From positions 4,946,631 through 5,010,630 of the forward strand of contig OZ253490.1 in NCBI GenBank assembly GCA_965261985.1: a DNA stretch of 64,000 bases, written 5' to 3'. This stretch comes from Alphaproteobacteria bacterium. Lineage in GTDB: Bacteria > Pseudomonadota > Alphaproteobacteria > Bin95. The notes under the pieces are model-generated. The model did not search any database. It worked only from the letters and a program-made list of their open reading frames with translations, and had not been told where the DNA came from. This document shows positions 48,102-56,639 of this stretch, piece by piece; the stretch's first letter is position 1; the number at the start of each line of letters is the position of its first letter. The position numbers and the translations under genes are program-made.

Positions 48102-48734
48102 CTAGATCTGGAAGGCCGGCCGCGCCGACACCTTGGCGAACCAGGCGGCGGTGGCGGGCCATGATGCGTTGATGTCCATCTCCAGCGCATAGGCCATGCG
48201 CAGGGTGAAGAAGGCGGTGATGTCGGCGACGGTGAACGCCGGTCCGGCGACGAACTCGTTCTGAGCCATGTGCGGCTCGACGCGGCCTAGGAAGACTTCC
48301 ATCATCTCCTTGCCCCGGGTAACCATTGCCGGCGATTGCGGCAGGTCGGTGCGCGTGCCGGGCACGACCCTGCCGGCGAAGTTCGGCAGATGGTTGCGCA
48401 GCGCGTGCAGCAACGGGACGAAACCGTCCAGCTCGAAGCGGCGCAGCCACATGTCGATGACGGCGCGCTCCGCGGGCGTGCGCCCGAACAGCGGCGGCTC
48501 CGGGTGCAGCTCCTCCAGATAGCTGCAGATCGACATCGATTCCGCGATCGCCGAGCCGTCGTCCAACACCATGAACGGCACGCAGTGGAAGGGGTTCAAG
48601 GACATGAACGGCTCGACGAACAATGCGCCTTCGCGCACATTCACCTGCTCGGTCGGGACCTCCAGCCCCTTCTCGGCCAGATAGACCTGGACGCGCTGGG
48701 CGCTGGGCGCCAGCTTGAAATCGTAAAGCTTCAT
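48102..48734 (-). CDS. Glutathione S-transferase family protein
   Basis: MKLYDFKLAPSAQRVQVYLAEKGLEVPTEQVNVREGA…FHCVPFMVLDDGSAIAESMSICSYL…. Confidence 0.75.
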   Translation of the reverse strand: MKLYDFKLAPSAQRVQVYLAEKGLEVPTEQVNVREGALFVEPFMSLNPFHCVPFMVLDDGSAIAESMSICSYLEELHPEPPLFGRTPAERAVIDMWLRRFELDGFVPLLHALRNHLPNFAGRVVPGTRTDLPQSPAMVTRGKEMMEVFLGRVEPHMAQNEFVAGPAFTVADITAFFTLRMAYALEMDINASWPATAAWFAKVSARPAFQI

Positions 48735-48787
48735 TACCGTTTCCTCTCGCGCCGGCGCGCCGCCGGCGCATTCTTCTTCGGGACGTC

Positions 48788-49600
48788 TCAGTCGAACATA
48801 TCGGGGTCGGTCCGCACCAGGTGGTCGTAGTCCGTCTGGAAGCAGAGCCACGCGGTGTAATCGCTGCCGACATGCTCGCGGCTGTAGCGCGCCTTGTCGG
48901 CCGGAATCTCGATCGGCTTGTGGCCCGAGGCCTCGACCATCAACTGCTGCTGGCAGCAGCGCTCCAGCGCCAGGAACATGAAGGCGGCGGCGTCGATGCT
49001 GTGCCGGCTCACGGTGAACAGGCCGTGGTTCTGGTGGATTGCCGCCCTCACGCCCTTGAAGGCCGGCGCGATGCTGGCGCCCGCACCGCGTTCGACCGAA
49101 ACCTGGCCCGCCTCCTCGCCGATCACCGCATGGTCCTCGAAGAACATGCACGCATCCTGGGTGATCGGCGCAAGCGGCCGGCCCTGCGCCGCATAGGCGG
49201 AGCCGTAGAGCGTGTGGGCATGGCACATCGCAAGGATATCCGGATGCTCGGCATGGACCGCCGAGTGCACCACGAAGCCCGCCCGGTTGACCGCATAACC
49301 GCCCTCGACGACCTCGCCGTCATGGTTCACCAGAATGAGGTTGGACAGCTTGACCTCGGCGAAATGCACCGCCATCGGATTGGTCCAGTAGAGCTCGGGA
49401 TATTCCGGATCGCGGATCGTCAGATGGCCGGCGAAACCGAAATCCAGCCCCCAGCGGGCGAAGGCCCGGCAGGCGCCGACCAGATGGCGCTTGCGGTGCT
49501 GGCGCAGCTCTTCCGGGTCGTTCGTGTTCAGCTCCCGGGGAAATTTGAGACCCGCCTGCTGCGGTTGGTAAACGGATATGCGATCTCCGAGATCGAGCAT
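48788..49600 (-). CDS. Class II aldolase/adducin-family protein
   Basis: …AFARWGLDFGFAGHLTIRDPEYPELYWTNPMAVHF…VVHSAVHAEHPDILAMCHAHTLYG…. Confidence 0.8.
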   Translation of the reverse strand: MLDLGDRISVYQPQQAGLKFPRELNTNDPEELRQHRKRHLVGACRAFARWGLDFGFAGHLTIRDPEYPELYWTNPMAVHFAEVKLSNLILVNHDGEVVEGGYAVNRAGFVVHSAVHAEHPDILAMCHAHTLYGSAYAAQGRPLAPITQDACMFFEDHAVIGEEAGQVSVERGAGASIAPAFKGVRAAIHQNHGLFTVSRHSIDAAAFMFLALERCCQQQLMVEASGHKPIEIPADKARYSREHVGSDYTAWLCFQTDYDHLVRTDPDMFD

Positions 49601-49704
49601 GGGTCAGCCCCCCAGCGGTGTTGCGAACCGGCATGCGCGACGGAACCATAGACGAGCCGGTTCCCCGCTCCAAGCCGGTCCGGGGGACGGGGACCCCCCA
49701 TGCG

Positions 49705-50054
49705 TATCATGAAATGTCATGTTTTGTCATGCTCCGCCGTTGCGGCGGCCTTTCCTCCATCGCGTTTCGTTCCCTCCGCGCCCCCGTCCTCCAGGCCGGG
49801 ACGCGGACCCTGTTTCGCGCGTATCGCGTGCCCGCGCGCCCGCCCGTGTCGGCGCCGGCGCGGTTCGCGCGCCTGATTGCGCCTGCGCGCGAGGCGGACG
49901 CGGGGCACGCGGGGCGCACCTTTCCCGTGCGTTTCTTCGGGGTTTTTCCGCGCCGGCGCGAAAGGGAAGGAACCGGCCCCGCGGATGCCGCTTCTTCCTG
50001 CCCCATCATAGCACACTTTCTCAGTAGTCAAGCTTCATTCGGGAATTATTTCAT
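49705..50054 (+). repeat. Repeat family A copy e. Heptamer array at 49705-49731, immediately upstream of the class II aldolase gene.
   Basis: tatcatgaaatgtcatgttttgtcatg, then …CCCTGTTTCGCGCGTATCGCGTGCCCGCGCG…GCGCGCCTGATTGCGCCTGCGCGCGAGGCGGACG…GGATGCCGCTTCTTCC…GGAATTATTTCATG. Confidence 0.8.
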
Positions 50055-50144
50055 GTTTTCCGAACGAATCGTGTCTTCCGGCCGGAAACCGGACGCCGCC
50101 GAGGCGGATGGGTGCATCCGGCAGCCCTTGGCTCCAAAGCGCCC

Positions 50145-50531
50145 TCAGGGTTCCTCCGCCCTCACAGGCGCATCCCCTGCCGCCTCGATGAAGCGCCGGT
50201 CGAAGGTCAGCATGGCCTCGCAGCCCGCGGCAGCGCCGAGATGCAGCGCATCGGCAAAGTCCACGCCCCCTTCCGCCCGGGCGAGGGCTTCGGCGAGCAG
50301 GGAGGGGTTTTCCACCGAGAGCCCCGGCAACCCGACAAAGGATCGAAGGGCCGCCGTGATCTCGTTGCCGGTAAAGCCGTAAACGCTGCGCAGCACCCAT
50401 TCGCTTTCGAGCAGGACAGTCGTGCTTGCGAAGATATCCCCTGCATCCACCGCCGCTCGCGCCCTGGCGGCCTGCTCCGGGTCGTCGCCGATCAGGTACC
50501 GGACCACGATATTGGTATCAACCGCCCGCAT
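50145..50531 (-). CDS. PIN-domain toxin (VapC-like)
   Basis: MRAVDTNIVVRYLIGDDPEQAARARAAV…ASTTVLLESEWVLRSVYGF…DALHLGAAAGCEAMLTFDRRF…. Confidence 0.8.
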   Translation of the reverse strand: MRAVDTNIVVRYLIGDDPEQAARARAAVDAGDIFASTTVLLESEWVLRSVYGFTGNEITAALRSFVGLPGLSVENPSLLAEALARAEGGVDFADALHLGAAAGCEAMLTFDRRFIEAAGDAPVRAEEP

Positions 50532-50791
50532 GGCGTCGTTTCGCTTCGGCGAGCACCCCTGCTTCCATCTCCTCAAGAGACCTGGCGGGACCGTCGTAGG
50601 CGAGACAACCGAATACCTCCTCCGGCCGGGTTTCGGCGAAGGCCCGCGCGGGTTTCAGCACCACGCCGCCGGGCGTGTCCTCCACGACCAGCCGCGTGCC
50701 GGCCTCCCACCCCAACTTCCTGCGAATCGCGCTCGGCAGAACCACCTGGCCCTTTGTAGAGACTGTAGCGGTGAGCCGTTCCTGCACCGGC
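50518..50791 (-). CDS. AbrB/MazE/SpoVT-type antitoxin
   Basis: MPVQERLTATVSTKGQVVLPSAIRRKLGWEAGTRLVVEDTPGGVVLKPA… with a GGAGG SD. Overlaps the vapC start by 14 nt. Confidence 0.75.
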
Positions 50792-51016
50792 ATCGTCGTC
50801 CCTCCTCCAGCAAGGTAAGACAAAAGTAAGATACACGGATTGGCGGCGAAGACCAAGGGCCGATTCCGGAAACCTCCCGCCCATCCGGCGAAAGAGCGAC
50901 CGCCCGCTGCTGAAAAATGGCGTTTCACCGCGCCTTTCCATTGGCTTTAAATCCACCGGAGCGACACACGTACTCATCGCCGATTTTGTCGCCCGACAGA
51001 TTGGAGGCCGGTAGCA

Positions 51017-51219
51017 TGGCGTCCTTGGAGAATACAGAAACCAGTGTCGCGCAGAATCCGTTGGTCGATGTCATGGAGCGCCTTGCACGGATAGAAGCGC
51101 GACTGGACACGATGGCCACCAAGGAAGACTTGGCGAAGCTCACCAACAAGTTCTGGAGTACCATGTTCGCCATAGCCATCATGGCCGCCGGCCTCGTTAC
51201 CACGGCGACCAAGGTCTAG
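51017..51219 (+). CDS. Small hypothetical protein (67 aa) with a coiled-coil and a C-terminal TM helix
   Basis: MASLENTETSVAQNPLVDVMERLARIEARLDTMATKEDLAKLTNKFWSTMFAIAIMAAGLVTTATKV. GGAGG SD 9 nt upstream. Confidence 0.45.
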
Positions 51220-51284
51220 CTATAGCGAGGCCATGTATGCAACCAACTGGAATTCGGATTTAACTTCAAGAATAGTGACGCAAA

Positions 51285-51781
51285 CTATGTGCACTTAAAC
51301 ACGACAAGTGAAGTTAATTCTAATTCCAGATTTTTCAGATAGGGAGAGTTCACCCTGAATTCTTCATCAATTGAGGATGCAGAATCAATAACGACAAACC
51401 TCTTGCTCTCCGGATTTTCCTTCTTGATCGTAAACCAATGATCTTCAGTGCCTACTATTGCACATTTTGGATCACAAATTCGGAATATTTCTTGAAGCTT
51501 TTCCACATATTCTTCCTTCGTATTGGGCGGGTCTCGATCAAATGGATAATCAAATTCAAATTGGTCAGCATGTCCAATATGCTTCCTGCAATACTCAAGC
51601 ATTTTTTCATATCTTCAAAATAGGTCCCTACCCAAATGCCCGACGGCCACGTCAAGTCCCCCCCGAGAGCACGGCATGCCAGCCTAAATACTCGGAATTC
51701 ATCTTCTACACCACACGCCTTGAAAGCATTAGTGACAGCATACATCCCGCAAAGTCCATCGTATGCTCCTTGATATGCCAT
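51285..51781 (-). pseudogene. Frameshifted C39/papain-like cysteine-peptidase-domain gene, AT-rich
   Basis: The two overlapping ORFs 51455-51781 (MAYQGAYDGLCGMYAVTNAFKACG…, Q…C motif) and 51285-51602 are probably one gene broken between 51455 and 51602. Confidence 0.4.
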
Positions 51782-51838
51782 GCCTTATTCTCTCTCTTGG
51801 TAGATCGAAGAACGGGAAGCCCTTTCCGGAAACCCGCT

Positions 51839-52786
51839 TCACTCCGCCGCCAAATCCTTCTGGTCGTCCGCGTTGTAGTTGGCGTCGTACCACCAGGCGA
51901 GGTGGTCTTCGTAGATCACCGGCGGCCAGCGGGGCGGGTTGTCGGGGCCGGTGCAGGTCGGCGCGCACCGGACTTCGGCGTCGAGGTTCGGGCCGAAGAA
52001 ATAGGGGATGGCGTAGCGGTGGCGGCCGACGGGCGGCTGCGCGCGGTGCGGGGTGGACTGGTAGCGCCCGTTGGTCCAGCGGTGCAGCATGTCGCCCGTA
52101 TTGACGACGAAGCTGTCCTCGACGAAGGGCACATCCTCCCAGTCGCCGCCTTCGGGCCGGATCTGCAGGCCCGGCACGTCCGACTGCGCCAGGAAGGTCA
52201 GGAAATTGGTGTCGGTGTGCGGCGCGATGCCGTAGCGGCCGGGCTCGCGCTCGGTCGGCGGGTAGTGCGAGAGCCGGAAGGAGAACTGGCTGCGGGTGAA
52301 ATGGGGCGAGAACCAGTCCTCCGGCAGGCCGAGCGAGAGCGAGAGCGCCGGCAGCACGCTCAGCGCCAGCCGGTCCACCGTCTCGCAATAGTCGAGCACC
52401 GTCTCGCGGAAGCCAGGCAGGTCCTCCGGCCAGTTGTTGGGGCCGGCGAAGCGGCGCCCGGCCAGCGGGTCTTCCGGCCCGCGCTCGCGCTTGATGAAGA
52501 AGGCCTCGTTCATGTCCGGCTTGGCCGCCGACTCGCTCACCCGCGAGGTGCGCACATTGTAGCGCGCCATCGCCATGTAGCCGTTGTTGTGCTCGTTCAT
52601 CAGCACGGCGTGCTTGGCGGCCTCCGGCCGGGCGTGGAAGCGCTCGGCCTCCGCGAACATGCCCCGGATCTTCTCCTGCGGTACGCCGTGGTTCACGACG
52701 ATGAAGAAGCCGACATGCTCCAGCGTGTTGCTGAGCGCGTCCGCCACGTCCTCCCGGCTCCGGGAAAGGTCGATCAACGGAATCAT
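51839..52786 (-). CDS. 2OG-Fe(II) oxygenase (isopenicillin-N-synthase-like)
   Basis: MIPLIDLSRSREDVADALSNTLEHVGFFIVVNHGVPQE…IAPHTDTNFLTFLAQ…NTGDMLHRWTNGRYQSTPHRA…. Confidence 0.85.
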   Translation of the reverse strand: MIPLIDLSRSREDVADALSNTLEHVGFFIVVNHGVPQEKIRGMFAEAERFHARPEAAKHAVLMNEHNNGYMAMARYNVRTSRVSESAAKPDMNEAFFIKRERGPEDPLAGRRFAGPNNWPEDLPGFRETVLDYCETVDRLALSVLPALSLSLGLPEDWFSPHFTRSQFSFRLSHYPPTEREPGRYGIAPHTDTNFLTFLAQSDVPGLQIRPEGGDWEDVPFVEDSFVVNTGDMLHRWTNGRYQSTPHRAQPPVGRHRYAIPYFFGPNLDAEVRCAPTCTGPDNPPRWPPVIYEDHLAWWYDANYNADDQKDLAAE

Positions 52787-52808
52787 GGCCTTGTCTCCCT
52801 CCGTCGTT

Positions 52809-54200
52809 CTAGCCGGCGACGGCCGGCTCCACCGCCTCCAGCATCCAGCGGGCGAAGCCGGTCATGCGCGCATCCGCGCCCTCTGCGCCCATAACCTGCA
52901 CACCCACCGGCAGGCCGCCCACCGCCATCAGCGGCATCGAGACGGCCGGCGCGAACAGGATCGAGGCAGGCGCGTTGAACACCGCGTCGCCCGTCGGCCG
53001 CGCCAGGGGCGGCTCGCCCGGCCTGTCGCCGGCCCACACATGGGCCGGGCCGGGGCAGCTTAGCATGAGTGCGCCATCGACGGTTTCGAGCGCGCGCGCC
53101 CACGCCGCCTGCGCCGCTTCGCGCCCGTCGAGCGCGGCATGGTAGTCCGCCACGGTCATCGCCTCGGCGCGCTTCAGCGAGTCGCGGGCGCGGAAGCTGA
53201 TGGCGTCCGGCCCCATATCCGCCAGCGCGCGGTGCAGCCAGCGGTTCTCCCAGCCGATGACGGCATAGCAGATCGCCTGCGCCTGCATGAGTTCCGCGTC
53301 GAGAGCCACCAGCACCGGGTCGTCCTCCGGGCGCAGCACGGCGACACCCGCCGCCTCCACAGCTTCCAGCAGGCGGCCGAACGCCTCTTTGGTCGCATCG
53401 TCGATCGTGGGCCAGCCGGCGCCCTCTATGGCGAGGAGCCGGCGCGGCTGCTCGGCCGGCGGCGGGTCTGCCGGGCCGGCGAGGCCGCGATGGCCGGGGT
53501 CGCCGCCGGCGCGCTTCGCGATCTCGGCTGCGGTGCGCCACATGTCCTCGATGGAATTGGCGTGGATGCCGTTTACGCTCTGGCTGCTCGCCTGGCGCTC
53601 GCCCCGGTTGATCGCGCCCCGGCTCGGCTTGAGCGCGATATTGCCGCAATAGCCCGCCGGGCGGACGATGGAGCCGCCCGCCTGGCTGCCGATGGCCGCC
53701 GGCAGCATCCCCGCCGCCACCGCCGCCGCCGAGCCCGAGGAGGAGCCGCCGGGCGTGCGGGCCGGATCGAAGGGGTTGGTCGTCGGCCCCGGATGCGCGC
53801 CGCCGAGCTCCGAGGTCACGGTCTTGGCAAGCACGACCGCGCCCGCCTCGCGCAGCGGCGCGACCGCCGCATTGTCCCGCTTCGGGAAATTGCCGCGATA
53901 GGCCTCGCAGCCCATCTCGGTCGGCATGGTCCGCGTTTCCAGCAGGTCCTTGATGCCGACCGGCATCCCGTCGATGGGCGAGAGCGCCCGCCCCGCCCGC
54001 CAGCGTTCCGCGCTGGCGTCGGCGGCCTGCCGCGCACCCTCCATGTCGGTCGCGGCAAGCGCCTGCAACACCGGCTCCCGCGCCTCGATGACTTCGAGGC
54101 AGCGCTCCAGATAGCCGCGCGGCGTGTCGCTGCCTTCGCGGAAGGCCGGCAGCGCATCGTGGAAGGTGAGGCCCCGAAAGGTCCTGGGATCGTATCGCAT
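52809..54200 (-). CDS. Amidase (amidase-signature family)
   Basis: …GMPVGIKDLLETR…GGSSSGSAAAVAAGMLPAAIGSQAGGSIVRPAGYCG…; 463 aa. Confidence 0.88.
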   Translation of the reverse strand: MRYDPRTFRGLTFHDALPAFREGSDTPRGYLERCLEVIEAREPVLQALAATDMEGARQAADASAERWRAGRALSPIDGMPVGIKDLLETRTMPTEMGCEAYRGNFPKRDNAAVAPLREAGAVVLAKTVTSELGGAHPGPTTNPFDPARTPGGSSSGSAAAVAAGMLPAAIGSQAGGSIVRPAGYCGNIALKPSRGAINRGERQASSQSVNGIHANSIEDMWRTAAEIAKRAGGDPGHRGLAGPADPPPAEQPRRLLAIEGAGWPTIDDATKEAFGRLLEAVEAAGVAVLRPEDDPVLVALDAELMQAQAICYAVIGWENRWLHRALADMGPDAISFRARDSLKRAEAMTVADYHAALDGREAAQAAWARALETVDGALMLSCPGPAHVWAGDRPGEPPLARPTGDAVFNAPASILFAPAVSMPLMAVGGLPVGVQVMGAEGADARMTGFARWMLEAVEPAVAG

Positions 54201-54267
54201 GGCAGAAGCCTAGCCCCGGCGGCGCATGGCGGCAAATATCCGCCTGCCGCGCCGGCTCGCGTGAAAG

Positions 54268-54639
54268 TCATTCGGAAGACAGCGCCAGAGGAACCATCTC
54301 CGATCGCCCGATAATGCGGTCGCGGGTGAGCAGAGGGACATCATGCACGACGCTGGTTGCCGCAATGATCTCGTCCGCCGGGTCGGCGCGGAAGTCGAGG
54401 CGGACCGATGCCCTCGCGACGTCGATGTCGATGGGCCAGACATGCAACCCGGCAAGCACGCGCGCGACTTCGCGGTCGTCGAGGTCCATCTCCAGCCGCC
54501 CGAGCTGGATCAGCTTGGCAAGCTCCCACAGCACGATAGCCGAAATCGACCAGCTGTCCCGCGCCAGCAACGCCCTCTCCGCCGGCCGAAGCCCGCCGGA
54601 GAGGGCGAAAATGAGGATATGGGTGTCAAGATTCAGCAC
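54268..54639 (-). CDS. PIN-domain toxin (VapC-like)
   Basis: MLNLDTHILIFALSGGLRPAERALLARDSWSISAIVLWELAKL…IIAATSVVHDVPLLTRDRII…. Confidence 0.8.
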   Translation of the reverse strand: MLNLDTHILIFALSGGLRPAERALLARDSWSISAIVLWELAKLIQLGRLEMDLDDREVARVLAGLHVWPIDIDVARASVRLDFRADPADEIIAATSVVHDVPLLTRDRIIGRSEMVPLALSSE

Positions 54640-54850
54640 CGGCTTCCCATTCGACGCCCGTGCTGAAGATGTCCCCCCGGATTTTCACCTTGTGGCTGAG
54701 GCTGCCGATAAGCTCGGCGTGCCGCCGCTCATAAGGCAGCAGGCGCGCGACCGGCTTGCCGCGTTTGGTGATGACCAGACCGTCATCGCCGAGATGGTCC
54801 AGCAACGCCAGGCACTGCTCCTTGAATTTCGCTGCGCCGATGGTCTTCAT
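54626..54850 (-). CDS. Phd/YefM-family antitoxin
   Basis: MKTIGAAKFKEQCLALLDHLGDDGLVITKRGKPVARLLPY…. GGAG SD. Overlaps the toxin start by 14 nt. Confidence 0.75.
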   Translation of the reverse strand: MKTIGAAKFKEQCLALLDHLGDDGLVITKRGKPVARLLPYERRHAELIGSLSHKVKIRGDIFSTGVEWEAGAES

Positions 54851-54863
54851 TTCTCCACTCCCG

Positions 54864-54915
54864 CATGAAGTGTCCATGTTTTACAACCAGTCATCTAAAG
54901 TGTCTATATCGTGCG
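54864..54915 (+). repeat. Degenerate repeat family A heptamer-array fragment (f), directly upstream of the Phd-VapC operon
   Basis: catgaagtgtccatgttttacaaccagtcatctaaagtgtctatatcgtg compared with tcatgaagtgtcatgttttgtcatgagatgtcatg. Confidence 0.4.
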
Positions 54916-54954
54916 GTCAGTCGATAAATTCCATGCCTTGCGCCAGTAGCACGA

Positions 54955-55490
54955 AGGCCGCGCCTCCCCCTCTTGTCACCCCGGACGGCGTGCCTCCACC
55001 TCTTGTCACCCCGGACGGCGCGAAGCGGCGATCCGGGGCCCAGCCCGCCGGCACCGCGCCGGGTCGCAGCGGCGGTGCTGGACCCCGGCTCGGAGGCCGG
55101 GGCGACAACGAGGGTGGCCGGTGTTCGAAGCCGGCGGCGTTTCCTCCCCCGTCAACCCCGACAGCCCGCCTCCCCCATCGTCACCCCGGACGGCGTGCCT
55201 CCACCTCTTGTCACCCCGGACGGCGCGAAGCGGCGATCCGGGGCCCAGCCCGCCGGCACCGCGCCGGGTCGCAGCGGCGGTGCTGGACCCCGGCTCGGAG
55301 GCCGGGGCGACAACGAGGGTGGCCGGTGTTCGAAGCCGGTGGCGTTTCCTCCCCCGTCAACCCCGACAGCCCGCCTCCCCCATCGTCACCCCGGACGGCG
55401 CGGAGCGGCGGTCCGGGGCCCAGCCCGCCGGGACCCTGCCGGGTTGCAGCGGCGGTGCTGTTAGCGTTTCATTTGGCCCGACCCGGGCGA
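54955..55490 (+). repeat. Repeat family B tandem expansion (~206-bp unit about 2.5 times, each unit containing nested TGTCACCCCGGACGGCG elements)
   Basis: Unit cctccacctcttgtcaccccggacggcgcgaagcggcgatccggggcccagcccgccggcaccgcgccgggtcgcagcggcggtgctggacc… recurs at ~54992 and ~55198 with 1-2 mismatches. Terminal copy …gcagcggcggtgctgttagcgtttcatttggcccg. Confidence 0.8.
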
Positions 55491-55512
55491 CCATGTGAAC
55501 GGAGAACGACCG

Positions 55513-56448
55513 ATGACGCGGTTCTGGACGGTCTGCCTTGCGCTCATCCTCGCACCGCTGGCCTCGGCGGATGGCAAGGAGTTGAAGCCGAAACCCGGCG
55601 ATATCGGCGGGGTCTTCTATACGGAGGTGTCGGGCGAGCCGGAGCCCGCGCCCGGCGTAGTCCCGGCGGACCGGCTCATGCAGGCGCGGGCCCGGACGAA
55701 TGTGCGCAGCGGGCCGGGGACCGACCATGCCAAAATCGGGCTGCTGGAAGCGGGCCGGGAGGTGCGGGTGACGGGCGAGGCCGGCGAGTGGCTGCGGATC
55801 GAGGTCCCGGACGGCGGCGCGGCCTTCGTCCACGGCTCGCTGCTTGCCGCGCCCGTCCCGCAGGGCCGGAACCGGGCGGCGGCGCTCTCGCCGAAATGCG
55901 CAGGGATGAGCAAGGGCGGCGCGTGCTGGCAGGAACTCGCCGACCGTCCAGGCTGCCACTTCTGGTACGACTATTACAATCCCAAGGTAAGCTGGACCTG
56001 GTCGGGAGCGTGCCGGGACGGCGCCGCAAACGGACGGGGAACGCTGGCGGCGACGTGGAGCGGCGGGTCCGCCGAACTCGGTGGAACGCTGGATGGCGGC
56101 AGGATGCAGGGCCGGTGGGTCATCCGCTACGCTGACGGGAGGGTTGACGAAGGCACTTATCTGAATGGCAAGAAGCACGGCCGGTGGACCGACCGCTACG
56201 CCAATGGGCGGGTCGATGAAGGCCCCTATGCGAATGGCAGGAAGCACGGCCGATGGGTGGATCGCTATGCCAGCGGCAACAGCTTCGAATACGACTACCG
56301 CGACGGCTCGGTGGACGGACAGCCGGGGGTCTATGTCATCGAGGACGGTGAACGCTATCCGGGGCGCTGGTTCGGCAACTGCTTCCTGGACGGCGAGGGC
56401 CGCTTGTGGGTTTGGCGCGGCAACAAGGACAATTGCCCCTCCGAATAG
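55513..56448 (+). CDS. Secreted SH3b-domain plus MORN-repeat protein
   Basis: Signal peptide MTRFWTVCLALILAPLASADG. SH3b-like …TNVRSGPGTDHAKIGLLEAGREVRVTGEAGEWLRIE…. MORN repeats …YLNGKKHGRWTDRYANGRVDEGPYANGRKHGRWVDRYASG…. SD GGAGAA. Confidence 0.7.
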   Translation: MTRFWTVCLALILAPLASADGKELKPKPGDIGGVFYTEVSGEPEPAPGVVPADRLMQARARTNVRSGPGTDHAKIGLLEAGREVRVTGEAGEWLRIEVPDGGAAFVHGSLLAAPVPQGRNRAAALSPKCAGMSKGGACWQELADRPGCHFWYDYYNPKVSWTWSGACRDGAANGRGTLAATWSGGSAELGGTLDGGRMQGRWVIRYADGRVDEGTYLNGKKHGRWTDRYANGRVDEGPYANGRKHGRWVDRYASGNSFEYDYRDGSVDGQPGVYVIEDGERYPGRWFGNCFLDGEGRLWVWRGNKDNCPSE

Positions 56449-56461
56449 CGGAATGCGGCCC

Positions 56462-56580
56462 ATCCCCGCCCCCCCTTTGCCACCCCGGACGGAGCGGAGC
56501 GTTGAGCAGGGGCCCGGAATGCCGGAACCCAGCCGGGTTGCAGTGGCGGTGCCGCTACGGTTTCACTTGGCCCGGCGTGC
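56462..56580 (+). repeat. Repeat family B copy
   Basis: cccctttgccaccccggacggagcggagcgttgagcaggggcccggaatgccggaacccagccgggttgcagtggcggtgccgctacggtttcacttggcccg. Confidence 0.6.
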
Positions 56581-56639
56581 CTTGATCGTCCGCTTTGGAA
56601 ATGCCATGCCTTGCGGTGGCGCAAGCAGCGGGTAGCGGG

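Noticed and set aside
54955-55490. Possible CRISPR array
   Set aside because: The repeats are ~206 bp nested tandem units without unique spacers, and no cas genes are nearby. This is repeat family B.
54756-56135. 459-aa plus-strand ORF across the tandem repeats and the SH3-MORN gene
   Set aside because: It reads through the repeat array in a Pro/Gly/Arg-rich frame. The SH3-MORN protein is in a different frame with a proper signal peptide and SD.
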